Part shown: piece after piece, positions 30,601-42,320 of the stretch
Position numbering within the stretch: position 1 is the first letter of the stretch
Layout: the number at the start of each line of letters is the position of its first letter
Assembly: GCA_973895155.1 (NCBI GenBank)
Contig: OZ316900.1
Location: forward strand, 98,311-162,310
Direction: 5' to 3'
Length of the DNA: 64,000 nt
Source of the DNA: Marsupella aquatica
Lineage: Eukaryota; Plantae; Marchantiophyta
The notes under the pieces: generated by a model
What the model saw: the letters and a program-made list of their open reading frames with translations, nothing else
Told to the model about the DNA's origin: nothing
Databases searched by the model: none
Translations under genes and position numbers: made by a program

Positions 30601-30814
30601 CCGGCATGCTACAATACCCCTTGGGATTTCCCCTAAAGGATAGCGGGATGCTTTACATGATGAACATATTCATGGTACGTTTCGTACGAGCACACTCTAC
30701 TCTACGCGGCGCACGCATTGACATAATAAGAATATTTTTTCTATTTAAGAAAATTCCCCAAATACCTAAAAGAAAAAGAATCATAGAAAATGTTAAATAT
30801 TTTACTAGATCCAT
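27643..30814 (-). CDS. nad4L: NADH dehydrogenase subunit 4L, 3 exons: 30814-30715, 28992-28810, 27662-27643 (100 aa)
   Basis: [34 protein letters not shown]. 100+183+20=303 nt. Confidence 0.96.
27663..28809 (-). other. Group II intron nad4Li283
   Basis: GGGCG...CTCTAT. Domain V at ~27740-27780. Confidence 0.92.
28993..30714 (-). other. Group II intron nad4Li100, expanded by GC-rich repeat modules
   Basis: GTGCG...CCCTAC. Domain V at ~29343-29382. Confidence 0.92.
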
Positions 30815-31242
30815 AATAATAGTCTCCGTTTCGAAAGCCAACTCGATTGAAGTGCTCCAGGAAAATATATTTCTTTCCTATTTTCCGGGGGAAGCGCCGG
30901 GCCCGGAGTAATCACCGGACGTGCAACCCGATAAATAAATAATTCCCAAAGCCCTTTCTTTCCCTCTCACGTCTGACAGTCCCGGGGCCTCTCCCTATAG
31001 TTGAGTACTCGAAGGGCCGCCCGAGGGGCCGATGAGGCCGGAAATGGCTCATTTACGGGCACGAAGACTAGAAGGAGAGGGGAGAGTACGTAGTCGTTCC
31101 TACTCTACCTACAAGAGTCTCGTGGCCTTTGGGCCGTTAGTCTCATGTCTCGCTCGGACCCGCCCCCCTACGGTAATACAGGAACTTACTCGGCGCCTAC
31201 CTTTGGTTCAAGGCGCCATCTGAACTCTGGTTCTTAATTATT

Positions 31243-31503
31243 TCAAAGAACAAAAAACACAAAAACATATTTGATAATTATTAAACAGAATACTCTAAGA
31301 AGAATCAAGATCCAATTTCGTGTTACTTCATGGTGAACATAATCTGCCAAAATCTCTTCGATTCCCACATGAATATGCCAAAATAACAAGATATTTAGCA
31401 GAATCAGAGTGGATACATTTGCTATAAGAATGGTAGGTATTGAAAAAGCAGCAGTAATTCTTTGAAGAAGCCAATGCCCCAAGGTTTCTCTATGAGTTTT
31501 CAT
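31243..31503 (-). CDS. sdh4: Succinate dehydrogenase subunit 4 (86 aa from the ATG)
   Basis: [24 protein letters not shown]. Confidence 0.93.
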   Translation of the reverse strand: MKTHRETLGHWLLQRITAAFSIPTILIANVSTLILLNILLFWHIHVGIEEILADYVHHEVTRNWILILLRVFCLIIIKYVFVFFVL

Positions 31504-31814
31504 CGCTTTCACCTTTTTTTTCCAGCCGCGAAATTCGTTTCTTTTCGTTCCTTTCGGGGCGCTCGGCCAAGGGCTCCACCCAGCGCGGCTTTGCTAATGG
31601 AATAAATGTCTCCGCTAAACGCAAGCGCCCGGCCCGTGTTAACCTAAATGATTTATACTTTGAAAAAACAAAATATTTTTTTGTGATGCGTCCCCCGAGA
31701 AATTATCAAGCTCATAAACATAGGCGAAATGCCGTTTGATGAGTAACTAAAAACGAGGAAGACGGTTATGGAAAGGAAGAACTAATGAGAAAGACAGGGA
31801 TTGCTAGCGTAAAC

Positions 31815-32110
31815 CTATTTTTTTATTAATTGGTATTGTTTACCATTCAAGCCTCGGATATAGCCCAAATTGTCTGAGCAATTGTATGTGCTTGCCCCAC
31901 AGCCCCTAGGTCTTGATGGCAAAAGCCCTCCCAGGGCATAGCATAAATATCTACGGTGGGATAAGCAAAGCGCATAAACGCTTTCTGTTTCGCGACAAAA
32001 TCTATTTATTTTCGTTCCCACCCTCTCTGAAAGTCCTGATGAGTGAAACCAATCGAGAGATAAACAAGAATAGCTATTTTAGGTGCAATCGAAGAAAATG
32101 CTGTAACCAT
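31815..32110 (-). pseudogene. Chimeric pseudogene: nad2-like fragment (32107-32069) followed by a truncated rps7 fragment (~32007-31815)
   Basis: VTAFSSIAPKIAI resembles nad2 VTAFLSIAPKISI. GYIRGLNGKQYQLIKK* resembles rps7 GLDGEQKQLIKK. Confidence 0.65.
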
Positions 32111-33613
32111 AGTTTGGAACTGTTTCGACGTAATACTAAAAAAAACTATGGCAAAAGCATTAATGGTCATTAATAAATCTATATGGTTCCGCATGAGAAA
32201 CCAGTGAACAGATAACCTACGTGTCCAATAGAACTATAAGCTTATTGTTTAATAGGCCCCAAGTCCGTCCTGAAAAAGAGACGCGAGATTCTCCAGAAAC
32301 CGACAGCACGCACCAATCTTTCCCTTTTGCCAAATATGAAGCTGCTCTCGCCGGTTTTTCGTTTGATAATAAATCACGAACCCCGTACTTTTTAGCTAAA
32401 TGCAAGGTGGTAGCGAGTTATAAAGTATCCGAAGCAGGTGCGGCGAAACGTTGTGATAGAGGCGGCGCCGGAGGGGGGTCGGTGCGGTTGAAGGCTGTGG
32501 GACGCCTGAAGGAACTTCAGGAGCAGGTACATGTGGCAGGTTTGCCAGCCATCGCCCAAAGTTTTCTTATTATCTTCCAAGGCCTTGGTATGTGACTGTA
32601 CAGCAGCCTCAGATTGCAATTTGTTGGCCCTGTATTTATTTCACTGTAGAGCCAAACCACCCGCCCCTGCTGTTTGTTACGCGGCGCCGGGACTCATCGT
32701 GCCGTATAACATCCCTTAGTTCCTGTTCTGCGTGTGTTACATTATTATTAAGATAATCGCGTCGTTGGCTCCAAATGCTTATTTAAAGCTTATGCCATTC
32801 CAAGCCATTAGCGGTATGAGCTGCCCCGTTAGCAGCCTTCGATTTATTCAATTCGACTTTTCGGTAGTTCCCCACGGCCGTGGCTGTCGTACCCAGCACG
32901 GTCTTTATTTCCATAGGTTGAGACTTGATGCGGTCAGCCACCGATACCCCCCGAAGCGCTCGGGCGGCCCTTTTGATGCTACTATTAAATGTAGTGCCTA
33001 GTGAGTATATAACCCCATACATGAGGTTTATTTGCGTGGGGATATGGGAGTGGCGGCTGGTGCTACGAAAGTGACCAAACAGCACATCTGATTTGTTAGG
33101 ATAATGGTTAGGTCTTGGCGGTCGCTCAACAGCTATTTGCTCTTGCAGAGCAAATGCCCGGAGGTACCCTTCGAGCACCAGAAGAAGAATACTCCCCATG
33201 TGGGTGGAAGGCCTTCGCCCTCCAGGGCATCGGTCAATAAATTCGAACCTGGTGAAATAAATCCTCCGTAGTTTTGAAAACTGAACCAAACAGCTGTTCC
33301 AAGTTAAATTCTATAAGGCCATCAAAACGTACTCCTTGAATAATTGATCCATGGAAATACATCGAAATCACAGGTCTTGTAAAATCTTAGAGCCAGAGTG
33401 TGGGACCCGTAGTAAAAAGACTTTTCCTGTAACTGTAAAAAATAAATAGAAATTACGTGTAGCAAAATACACACGGAATATACCAAAAATCCACTTGATC
33501 TTTTAAGACTCAGATGAAAAAACCAAGAATGGGGAAGGAGCGAATGGAAGTCGGGTACACTAAATTTAGAGCTATCCAACTCCCGGACCTACTTGGTTCA
33601 CTCGTGAGAACAT

Positions 33614-33808
33614 TCCGCCCTACACAGTCATTGCTCTGCTACGCGCCTACTTTTTCCTGCGGTACCAGTCGTTTTCTCAGTAGGATACAGGGCGGCCATT
33701 CAGTATTGGTAAAAACCAATACTGAATATAAGACGAAATGGGGAGTAATATGAACCAAACATAACCGAATGAATTGTGTCAAATACGTAAATTGATCTAG
33801 TTGAGGCC
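33614..33808 (-). pseudogene. Partial duplicate of the atp8 5' region
   Basis: PQLDQFTYLTQF...LRKRLVPQEKVGA* with no ATG. The middle is replaced by a hairpin. Confidence 0.88.
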
Positions 33809-33869
33809 GGAGATGTAGGGCGTTAGTTCTACATAACATTTTTTTTCCTTTCCCCTTCTTCGTTACATC

Positions 33870-34388
33870 TCATGAAATTTTTTTTTTTCTCGGTCCGTTC
33901 TTTATCTTCGCCAGAGTTCTCTTTTGCCCGCGTAAAACATAGATTTTGTTAAGAGCGGTGGTTTGACGTGAAGCTAGAAAAGTTGTTTGATAAGTAGAAG
34001 GACTCAGGGTTGAAAGTGCGTTCTTTTTGATCACTTGTGATACACTAATCTCTCCCAAAGAAGATACATAATCTTTATTCATTCGTTGCAATTTATTAGT
34101 ATTTGCGAGTTGGACCATTCCTTTACACCACTTAGATGCTCCGGATACACTTGAGTACAGATAGTTTGCACTGGCTTGAAAACATTCTTTGAAAACCACA
34201 TCCTGTTCTACACGGTCATTGCTCTGCTTCGCGCCTACTTTTTCCTGCGATACCAGTCGTTTTCTTAGTTTGATAATTCGACTTATTTTGGGTAATCCAT
34301 CATTATATAATAATACATAAAAAGTCATATAAAACACGCATAACCAAACGAATTGTGTCAAATACGTAAATTGATCTAGTTGAGGCAT
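33870..34388 (-). CDS. atp8: ATP synthase subunit 8 (orfB/orf172), 172 aa
   Basis: MPQLDQFTYLTQFVW N-terminus. Confidence 0.96.
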   Translation of the reverse strand: MPQLDQFTYLTQFVWLCVFYMTFYVLLYNDGLPKISRIIKLRKRLVSQEKVGAKQSNDRVEQDVVFKECFQASANYLYSSVSGASKWCKGMVQLANTNKLQRMNKDYVSSLGEISVSQVIKKNALSTLSPSTYQTTFLASRQTTALNKIYVLRGQKRTLAKIKNGPRKKKIS

Positions 34389-34885
34389 TTTTTTCCACTT
34401 TTTTTTTTACCGATTCCAATACTTATTGAATCGCGCTCCGCCCAGCCAAATAAAATATATACTTTATTTGCGCTCTGAGTCGTTCTGGGTGGGGGATAAT
34501 TATTTTATCATCCGAGGCCATGCGCGTAGTCTGGGTCCGAAGGACACGGGGGAATCATGCCTGTATCGGGCCAGAACGAAAAAGCAGAGCTTTTATTCGC
34601 TTCGCAAAGGACCCGCCCGAAACCTAGTACTCCGCCATGGGCCGGAAATTTTAAAGCCGGCCGGAAACGCAAAGAAAATAATTTTTCAGTGATTAGCTAA
34701 AGGGCCGCAGGCAACCTCCCCTTTTCATTACTGAGGTCCTGAGTATACATGTGGGCATACCCCCCCGCATTACCTGAGGCTTGGGGCGATGAGACATCGC
34801 TTGTAGTCGCACTACTGGATTATTTGCGTGACATCCCCTCTTCGCATCTAGTTTTTAACCGCGTTAACGCACCAACAAAAACTAA

Positions 34886-35665
34886 TTATTTGCCCCGGCC
34901 TTGGTCTTTGAGTCGAAATACGTTATTTTTGGTGGGTTGTTTAGTAGTTTCACGTTTTTTCTCGGTATGGGTGAGAGGAGGCTTTGGGCCTAAATGCTTG
35001 AAGCTCTGTTTGGTCCTTTTGGTCGTAGGAACTTTCTCGGAAAAAATATTTTTTTTCTTGACGTTCGTGTTCCTCTCCACGTCTCGCCGGTGTTTTAGCT
35101 TCGCGCCTAAATGCTTTGTTCGTTCCTGATGCGATCTTGGCGTCGAAAAATAATCTATTTTGCCATCACCAATCTCTTTTACCACGATATTACTGATTTC
35201 TGGTTTCATGTTCAAAATGGAGAATATTCTCCATTGACTATAAAATACTTTTCTACTTTTGAGAAGACTCTTGGGGAGAAAAGCTATATACCCTGCGATT
35301 GCTACAGCATAACCTCCTTTCACTGAATTCAAAATAAATCCTTTGACCAAATTTTGGTCACTTCGCCAAATCTTGGTGAGTTCAATCCAAACTAGTTTTC
35401 CTTTACATCTTATTTCTAATGGTTTCGGCAGAAGCATCTTTGGTTCACCAAACACTTCTACATCTTCAATTCCAAAATTAAACCTTGCTTGCTTGGTGAT
35501 TGGCACTTTCTCCAGTTCATGTTGGAAACAAATTATTGGAGTTTTCAGTCCCGTATCCACCAAGACCTTGTTTTGTTGTAATTGTATCACTGAACATTGT
35601 ATAGCACTCCCACGTAATGGATTAAAACTAGAATTATATTTGGGAAATAATTGACTAAAGCTCAT
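34886..35665 (-). CDS. rps1: Ribosomal protein S1 (from the first ATG; the frame is open back to 35704)
   Basis: VLVDTGLKTP, KGFILNSVKGGYAVAIAGYIAFLPKS. Confidence 0.92.
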   Translation of the reverse strand: MSFSQLFPKYNSSFNPLRGSAIQCSVIQLQQNKVLVDTGLKTPIICFQHELEKVPITKQARFNFGIEDVEVFGEPKMLLPKPLEIRCKGKLVWIELTKIWRSDQNLVKGFILNSVKGGYAVAIAGYIAFLPKSLLKSRKVFYSQWRIFSILNMKPEISNIVVKEIGDGKIDYFSTPRSHQERTKHLGAKLKHRRDVERNTNVKKKNIFSEKVPTTKRTKQSFKHLGPKPPLTHTEKKRETTKQPTKNNVFRLKDQGRGK

Positions 35666-36331
35666 TTTTATTCCTTTTCCTTTTTCAGTACTTCTGTCAC
35701 CCAATTCGTTTGCTTATAAGGGCCTTCGGACTAAGCAGTGCCCTCATAATCAGTTTCATGAGGCCTTTAGGGCATAGTAATTAATTGCTAGGGGGAGAAC
35801 AAAATTATTTATTTGTGCTGCGCCGAGCCTTCCCGTATTTCGACTTGGAACCATCCCAGTTGAATAGGCCTGAAGTCGACGAGACTCGTTCAGTCCGGGA
35901 ACGAAAACGACCCAAGCTCTATCATTCTCATTTTAGAGAACCTGAGATAACCGTGCAGCCGTAAGCCGCAGGCCACCCCCATAGGGCATAGAACGAGAGA
36001 AAAAAAATATATATAAATTTTTATTTGTTTCCGGCCCTTTCCCGGCGTCGGCCCGGCTGGAGACACTCCGGTATCGGCTAAAGCCCGAACCCTATCGGCC
36101 CGAGGGCGCGATACTATAGATAGAAGTGCTACGCACTTTGTGGGTCCGAAGGGCCGCCGAAGGCCAGACATGGCTTGTAGATTTCCTTCTCCGCCTTTAC
36201 GAAGGACGGGTTAAGCCCCGTGAAGCCAAAGAAGTATCCCAAAGAAGTCTCCCTCGGACCCTAAAAAAATTGTTTCTGCTCTTGAACCTCAATTTACCAT
36301 TTTATGATGACATAGCACTTTATGATGATAT

Positions 36332-36709
36332 TTAAACACGACGTTTTTTAGGGGGTCGGCATCCATTATGTGGCGTTGGGGTTACATCGCGAATTTTGGT
36401 AATAATAAGACCTCCTGGTTTTAAACCACGTAGCGAAGATTCCTTTCCATAACCCAATCCTTTGATTCTCACTTCAACAAACTTAAATCCAAGTTGAATG
36501 GCAGCTCGCGCGGCATTTTCTGCGGTTGCTTGAGCAGCATAATTGGTTGAGCGACGAGATCCCTTAAACCCCACTGAACCCGAGGGGGACCAAGTTTTTG
36601 TATTTCCGTCATAATCCGTTAAAGTAATAATTGTATTACCAAAAGTTGATTGAATATAAGTAATACAGTGTTTTTTTTGCATATTAGTAATACCGTGCTT
36701 TTCCTGCAT
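36332..36709 (-). CDS. rps11: Ribosomal protein S11
   Basis: [30 protein letters not shown]. Confidence 0.96.
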   Translation of the reverse strand: MQEKHGITNMQKKHCITYIQSTFGNTIITLTDYDGNTKTWSPSGSVGFKGSRRSTNYAAQATAENAARAAIQLGFKFVEVRIKGLGYGKESSLRGLKPGGLIITKIRDVTPTPHNGCRPPKKRRV

Positions 36710-36827
36710 GATTGTTTATTGAATGTTTTTGGTGTTGCTCGATATCATCGATTTCGTTTTTTTATGATCCATCCAATTCGTTCACCAATTACAGAGATAT
36801 TTTGTACGAACTGGAAAAAAACTTTTC

Positions 36828-37190
36828 TCAACTTCTGATCGAAATGTATCTCAATTTGCGAGAAGTCTTAGCATTAGTATGAGTCCGTTGGCCGCGTAAG
36901 GGCAATCCTGCATTATGGCGAAACCCGCGATAACAACCAATACTAATTAATCGTTTGATGTCCCTCTGAATGACTCTCTCCAATTCCGAATCGACTAAAT
37001 AATTTTGACTTATTATTTCTATAATTTGGTCAAATTGATATTTAGTTAACTTATTAACCTTAATGTTATCGCTGAGGCCTAATCGATCACAAACTTGAAT
37101 TGCCTTTTTAGGCCCAATTCCGAAGATTCGGGTTAAGGCAATTTTCACCTGTTTATTGGAATTCAGATTGGTTCCTAAAATATATGACAT
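36828..37190 (-). CDS. rps13: Ribosomal protein S13
   Basis: ALTRIFGIG, YRGFRHNAGLPLRGQRTHTNAKT. Confidence 0.97.
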   Translation of the reverse strand: MSYILGTNLNSNKQVKIALTRIFGIGPKKAIQVCDRLGLSDNIKVNKLTKYQFDQIIEIISQNYLVDSELERVIQRDIKRLISIGCYRGFRHNAGLPLRGQRTHTNAKTSRKLRYISIRS

Positions 37191-37193
37191 GAT

Positions 37194-37499
37194 TTATTTT
37201 TTTTTCCCTTGTTTTTTATGTATAATTTCGTTCCGATATTGTATACCCCTCCCTTTATAAACTTCGGGAGGTTTACAACTTTTGACAATGGCAGCAAATT
37301 GAGTGACTTTTTGATGATCCATTCCGGTACAACAAATAAGATTAGGCTTTAAGCAAAAAACGCGAACTGAAGGTGGAACTTGAAGTCGAATCTCATGACT
37401 AAATCCTAATTTCAAATATAAAATAGAGCCTTGTGCGTTAGTACTGGCTTTATATCCAACTCCAATTATTTCCAAAAAACAAAAGAATTTGGCTTCCAT
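37194..37499 (-). CDS. rpl6: Ribosomal protein L6 (short form)
   Basis: LEIIGVGYKA, LKLGFSH, PPEVYKGRGI. Confidence 0.95.
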   Translation of the reverse strand: MEAKFFCFLEIIGVGYKASTNAQGSILYLKLGFSHEIRLQVPPSVRVFCLKPNLICCTGMDHQKVTQFAAIVKSCKPPEVYKGRGIQYRNEIIHKKQGKKK

Positions 37500-37517
37500 A
37501 AACTTTACTTTATTTTT

Positions 37518-37976
37518 TTAAAAAACTTGGCAGAGAATCTCACCGCCACCAAAATTGGTTTTTTGTGCTTCACGATCACATATCAAATTTCCCCTTGAAG
37601 TGGATAAGATGGTTATACCAAGTCCTTCCCTTTTTTTTGATAAACGATTTTTTGATGAATAAATCCGAAAACCTGGTTTAGATATTGTTTCCATCTTTTT
37701 CATTACACCCATTCCAGAAAAATGATACTTCAAGACTATTCTCAAGCTTCCGTCTGCTTCCTGAGAGAATCCGTGGATATAACCCTCATCGTACAGAATT
37801 CTGCAAAAATCCCAACAAAGACGCGAAACGAAAACGCGAGGGGTAATTTTACAAGCGGAGCAGACAAAGCGTTTTTTTCTCTCGCTTATTTTTTTGAAGG
37901 AGGAAAAATAAAGAACACGCTTTTGAGCTTTTTGCGCATTTTTTATACCGGATAAAAGATTACTTAATGTATGCAT
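37518..37976 (-). CDS. rps8: Ribosomal protein S8
   Basis: LSNLLSGIKNA, LYDEGYI, ISKPGFRIY, GGEILCQV. Confidence 0.94.
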   Translation of the reverse strand: MHTLSNLLSGIKNAQKAQKRVLYFSSFKKISERKKRFVCSACKITPRVFVSRLCWDFCRILYDEGYIHGFSQEADGSLRIVLKYHFSGMGVMKKMETISKPGFRIYSSKNRLSKKREGLGITILSTSRGNLICDREAQKTNFGGGEILCQVF

Positions 37977-38476
37977 AAAAAGAATATTTTTTTTCTATTT
38001 TTTCGATTCGAACAGCACTTCGCGCCTCGCGGGGCGTTCGATTTATTCCTTATTAAGAGACATTTGATTTATTCCTTATTAAGAGACATATATCTAAATT
38101 GGTGGTTTCAACCCTCCCTATAGTCCCGTGCCCGAAAAAAGCGTTTTTCGTCAGTCGCGGGCCCTTCGGGCACTCTCGCCTTCTTTCTAAGCCATTTTTA
38201 GAAGACTTCGGGCACTCCTCCCACCTATTAGGTCTCGTGCCTTTGGCGGCCGCAGGGTTCGGAAAAATATTTGTTGTTTTTCGCTACATTCCCAATTTAG
38301 CTATTAGATTCTACCTGGAGAAAGTTCAGCGTGTAGTAACCAAATGTTCGAATCATAAGCGAGGGAAAAAACGTATTTCATTTTATGAGCGCCTCGTATA
38401 CTTGGCAGGTTGGGAGGCAGTGGAGGAAGACCTATATATAGGTACTCCTCGAAGAGCTAACCTTTTCTTTTATTGG

Positions 38477-39671
38477 CTACCAACACGATTTGTTTATGCC
38501 TATCAAAGAACCTTTAGAAGCTAATTCACGAAAAACTATACGAGAAATGCGAAATAACTTATATACGGAACGAGGGCGCCCTGTGAAAATACACCGGTTT
38601 CTTACTCGTGTTTTGGAACTATTTCTTGGCAACTTAGACAACTTAGAAAAATATTCATAACGGTTACAGTAGACGTGGAATTTCCTCTGACGCCCCTGAT
38701 TCAAAACCGTACGTGATAGTCTCCTATCATACGGCTCCTTGCACCCAGATTGATAAATTATTACGACTTAAAGAGACGTTGTGTCTCTCATCCTCGATTT
38801 TGAAGCATATATGTTGACTGCTCTTTCATCCCTTGGGATGCATGGACACTTTAGCATATCCCGATCGTAACAACCGGGCAAAAAAAAGTTTTTTTTAGCT
38901 TTTTGCCCTATCCCAATCCTACACACCATGAAGTTAGCCCGCCTGAGTTCAAGCTCAGAGGTGCGCAGGATTACACAGTTCCGAGATTCCATTCATCCTT
39001 TTGGATTGGGCCGTAAGGCTCCCGCTCTACGCCGGAGGCGCACTGAAAGAACGGGAAAGGGCAGAAAATACCTTTCCCTGGGCCTCTGTCTGATATTCCG
39101 GACGCGGCGGGGGGTCAGTAGGAAGCAATACCACCCCGCTTTCCTATTACGACGCTTCAGATGCTACGGTTCAGTAATTAGCCTTCGTAGGTAGAATAAC
39201 CACCCTGTAGTATTCACCCGGACAATACCCAACAAAGGGTATTTGTCACGCCCTTGCTAGAGATTATTCGTTCCCCACTTCCTAAGGGGCGAAACTCGCT
39301 TATCCCCGCGGGGGAGCGAAGACTGCGGAAAAGGCTTGCTTTAAAATTTCCGGGTTCTTCATCCCTTTTCTACCCAGCTTCACACCTTTGGATGCCACTC
39401 CAAACGCATGTGGGTACGCTGTTACCCTGTTCTCAAGGGAGAAGGACTTTCACCTTCATGGAAACTCAGTTCACTCGCTCCGCCATCCGGGTGCGGATGA
39501 ATGCGGAATAGAGCGCACAGGCGTGACTCAACGTCTTGACCTGTGAACAGGTCGCACTATCTTATTAGGAAGATTTCTATCTTGACAAATGGCTTTGTAA
39601 TACATTCGTTTCAATTCATATTTAGCCACAAGCAATCTACGTTTGTGATCCCGCATAATTTTATTTGACAT
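38477..39671 (-). CDS. rps14: Ribosomal protein S14, 2 exons: 39671-39558, 38662-38477 (99 aa)
   Basis: RDHKRR..., LPRNSSKTRVRNRCIFTGRPR. 114+186=300 nt. Confidence 0.95.
38663..39557 (-). other. Group II intron rps14i114
   Basis: GTGCG...GTAAC. Domain V at ~38704-38738. Confidence 0.92.
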
Positions 39672-39675
39672 ATGA

Positions 39676-40236
39676 CTAAACCTCTTTTTGCAAAAAGCCA
39701 CTCCACAAAATTACAGTCTCATCTTGTGTGTTAGCTGAAGTGACAATAGTTACATCAAACCCTCGAATATGCTCGAAAATCTCGAAATGATCCTGTATTT
39801 CGGGAAATAATCGTAACAACGACGTTGCCATTGATAATTGAATGGAGTTTTTACGTATTTTGACCGGATAATCGTAGAAGGATATTATTGTAACAAGTTT
39901 TTCCAAAAAATTATACATGATATGCCCTCGTAGAGTGCTTCGTGCTAGGTGAGTGACATATCCTGTGTCTCTCTTGGACTCCTGATTTACTACGAATTTA
40001 TTGAATCGAAACGACTTTCCTGTCGAACCCCTACTTCGTGTCTGTATGAATTTTTGACCACAAACAATTTCCATGGCTAATTTAACATTCTTTATGAAAC
40101 TTGAGGGTGCCTTTGGAACTACTATTGTTTTACACAATCTGGGAACTTCCATTATATTTTCGTAATTAATTTTTAGCAAGAAATCTGGACGTATTACCTG
40201 ATCGTAATGAAACTCGAGTCTATTTGGGGAGAACAT
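39676..40236 (-). CDS. rpl5: Ribosomal protein L5
   Basis: LEIVCGQ-like [33 protein letters not shown]. Confidence 0.95.
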   Translation of the reverse strand: MFSPNRLEFHYDQVIRPDFLLKINYENIMEVPRLCKTIVVPKAPSSFIKNVKLAMEIVCGQKFIQTRSRGSTGKSFRFNKFVVNQESKRDTGYVTHLARSTLRGHIMYNFLEKLVTIISFYDYPVKIRKNSIQLSMATSLLRLFPEIQDHFEIFEHIRGFDVTIVTSANTQDETVILWSGFLQKEV

Positions 40237-42320
40237 AATTCGATTTGGCCTTTTTTTATTGAAATGGAAGCATCAAGGGCATCGAAAACCAATGTACCAG
40301 CCCGTTTATCGGGAAGGGCGAGCAGTCATCAGCTCACCCCGATGGATATAGAGACAGTAATACTTGATGGCATGGTGCGAAGTTAAGACCACGCACCCTA
40401 GAGATTCGACCTACTTCATCGCAGGCACTTTTGACAGCACCCATAATGACCACCTTCTCGATCCTTTCCTGAAGACTGCGCGTAAACGACGGCTCTTGGC
40501 GGGAATGAGTCCGAATCCTTTGTAAGTCTTCTGGCGTTCCCTGAAAGTCCGGCGATAACATTTTAAAGATATTTTTGGCGTTGTTATCCCAGTCATTAAG
40601 TCAGTAACAATATTGATTGTGCAACGTGCGACTAGCGGAATAAGCAGCTATGCCGGTTTCCCAACCATGGAAAAGTGCCAAAGCCCACCCGTTTGCGCGG
40701 CCAATCCGGGCTAAAGTCACGTTGTAGCCGGAATGACCGGTAAGCGCGGTACGAAAGATAGCAAGCACCACGCGCCTCTATAAGCGCTTCAATCGACAAG
40801 GGCTTCAATCTACAAGCCCGAACACGCTTCCCGCGCACTCCGTGCCGATGGGTCCGAAGGTGAGCAATGCTTGCCAATAATAAGCGACTACTTATAGTAA
40901 AAGGTAATATTCCTTTTCGATAGTAACACCGGATTAGCAAAATGGGGTTACTATTGACGGTTCATTAGGAGAAAACAAGTTGTCCAAAGAGTTTTTCATT
41001 TAAAATATATCATCTTTTTCTCCATTTTTCTTTCTTCCGATGAAAAAATATACACATATTTATTTGCGATGGGTCACGGATGATTAGCTCAGATTAGCTC
41101 AGAAGGATCTGCCTGCAAAATGTATTTATTTTTTGCCGTCGGGTAACGGATGCTTAGAGGGAGCGGGAGATCTTTGAATAAGGTCTCCCACTGTGAGAGA
41201 TTGGGAATAAGTAACCTTCCGCAACGATTAGAGCGGGATAATACGTATAGAACTACGCCGAGCTGTACATATAACAATACGAGTATCAAGATCTTAGTAT
41301 ACTTTGAGTACGGGAGGTACCGATCGAAAAGATACAAGAGCAAACGTTCTTAGTTTCGGGGGTTATTTCGGGCGTTGAACGCCGGCTCTTATAATCTCCT
41401 CGACCCAATTTGTGGGGTTAGCAAAATAAATCCACTAGTAAGTAAGGTGCAAAAAAAGACAGTGATCTTCAATCAAAATAGGAAGGAAGGGATCGATTTC
41501 GAGGGAGCTGGGCTCGCTGGAGGGAGTAGGTGTCATCTTATTTTTCCAATGATTCGCGGCGGCTTCTAGCCCTCGTGTTGGGGGCCCCTCCAAATCCTTG
41601 GGTTAGGCCGGCAGGATGGTTGTCCCCAAATACTTGGTCTCCTAGGGTTCAAGGGCTACCTTCCGTTCTTAGAGTTGTGCGAAGAACCGCTTCATCAAGT
41701 CATTCTGTTTCGTATTCATACATGGCCGGAGTAGCTTCGGCCTCGGCAGCTCTTGCTTTCGTCTCATTACCAGTTGCAATAAATTTTGCTCGCTCAGTGC
41801 CCCCCCCCCCGATTTGTCGGATTTCTCCTCAATTACCAAGGGTTTCCCGGTCGGCGGCACCGCTTTACCCGAGATATGAGCGACCCCCGTGAATATACCA
41901 CTACTCCTACTATCGGGGTCGATGTCGAACCTTGCAATATCGAATTGTATTAATCTGTACGAGAAAGGGACCCGGACTTTGTTTCGTCGGACACCACAAG
42001 ACCAAGATACTGTCCGACAAGGGCGACTGTCTGACATAATCCGAGCCGACACGAGGGTGGTAACACTAAAACGCAGTAATGAAATAAGTAAAGGCGGAAA
42101 GCGCCATTGAGCATATACATAGGGATGATCGGAACATAAAAGAAATCTTGATTGTAGGTGCGTGGGACTCGACCAGGTGGAGAGGTGTATAGCACTCGAC
42201 CAGAAAGAGAGCGTGCGGAATGCCACTTTTGTCTCGAGCGCGGACTTCTCCAATAGAGCTAACTAACGTAACGAAGGTTACAAGCTTATTTTGACTTTCC
42301 GCCATATTTTTTTCTCTTTC

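Noticed and set aside
33322-33579. 85-aa hydrophobic ORF as a ccmB or nad9 fragment
   Set aside because: No convincing motif match.
41669-42253. 194-aa ORF in the rpl16-rpl5 spacer, and a possible RT motif near 40400-40460
   Set aside because: Non-ATG start, no family recognised, and the RT resemblance rests on only 3-4 residues.
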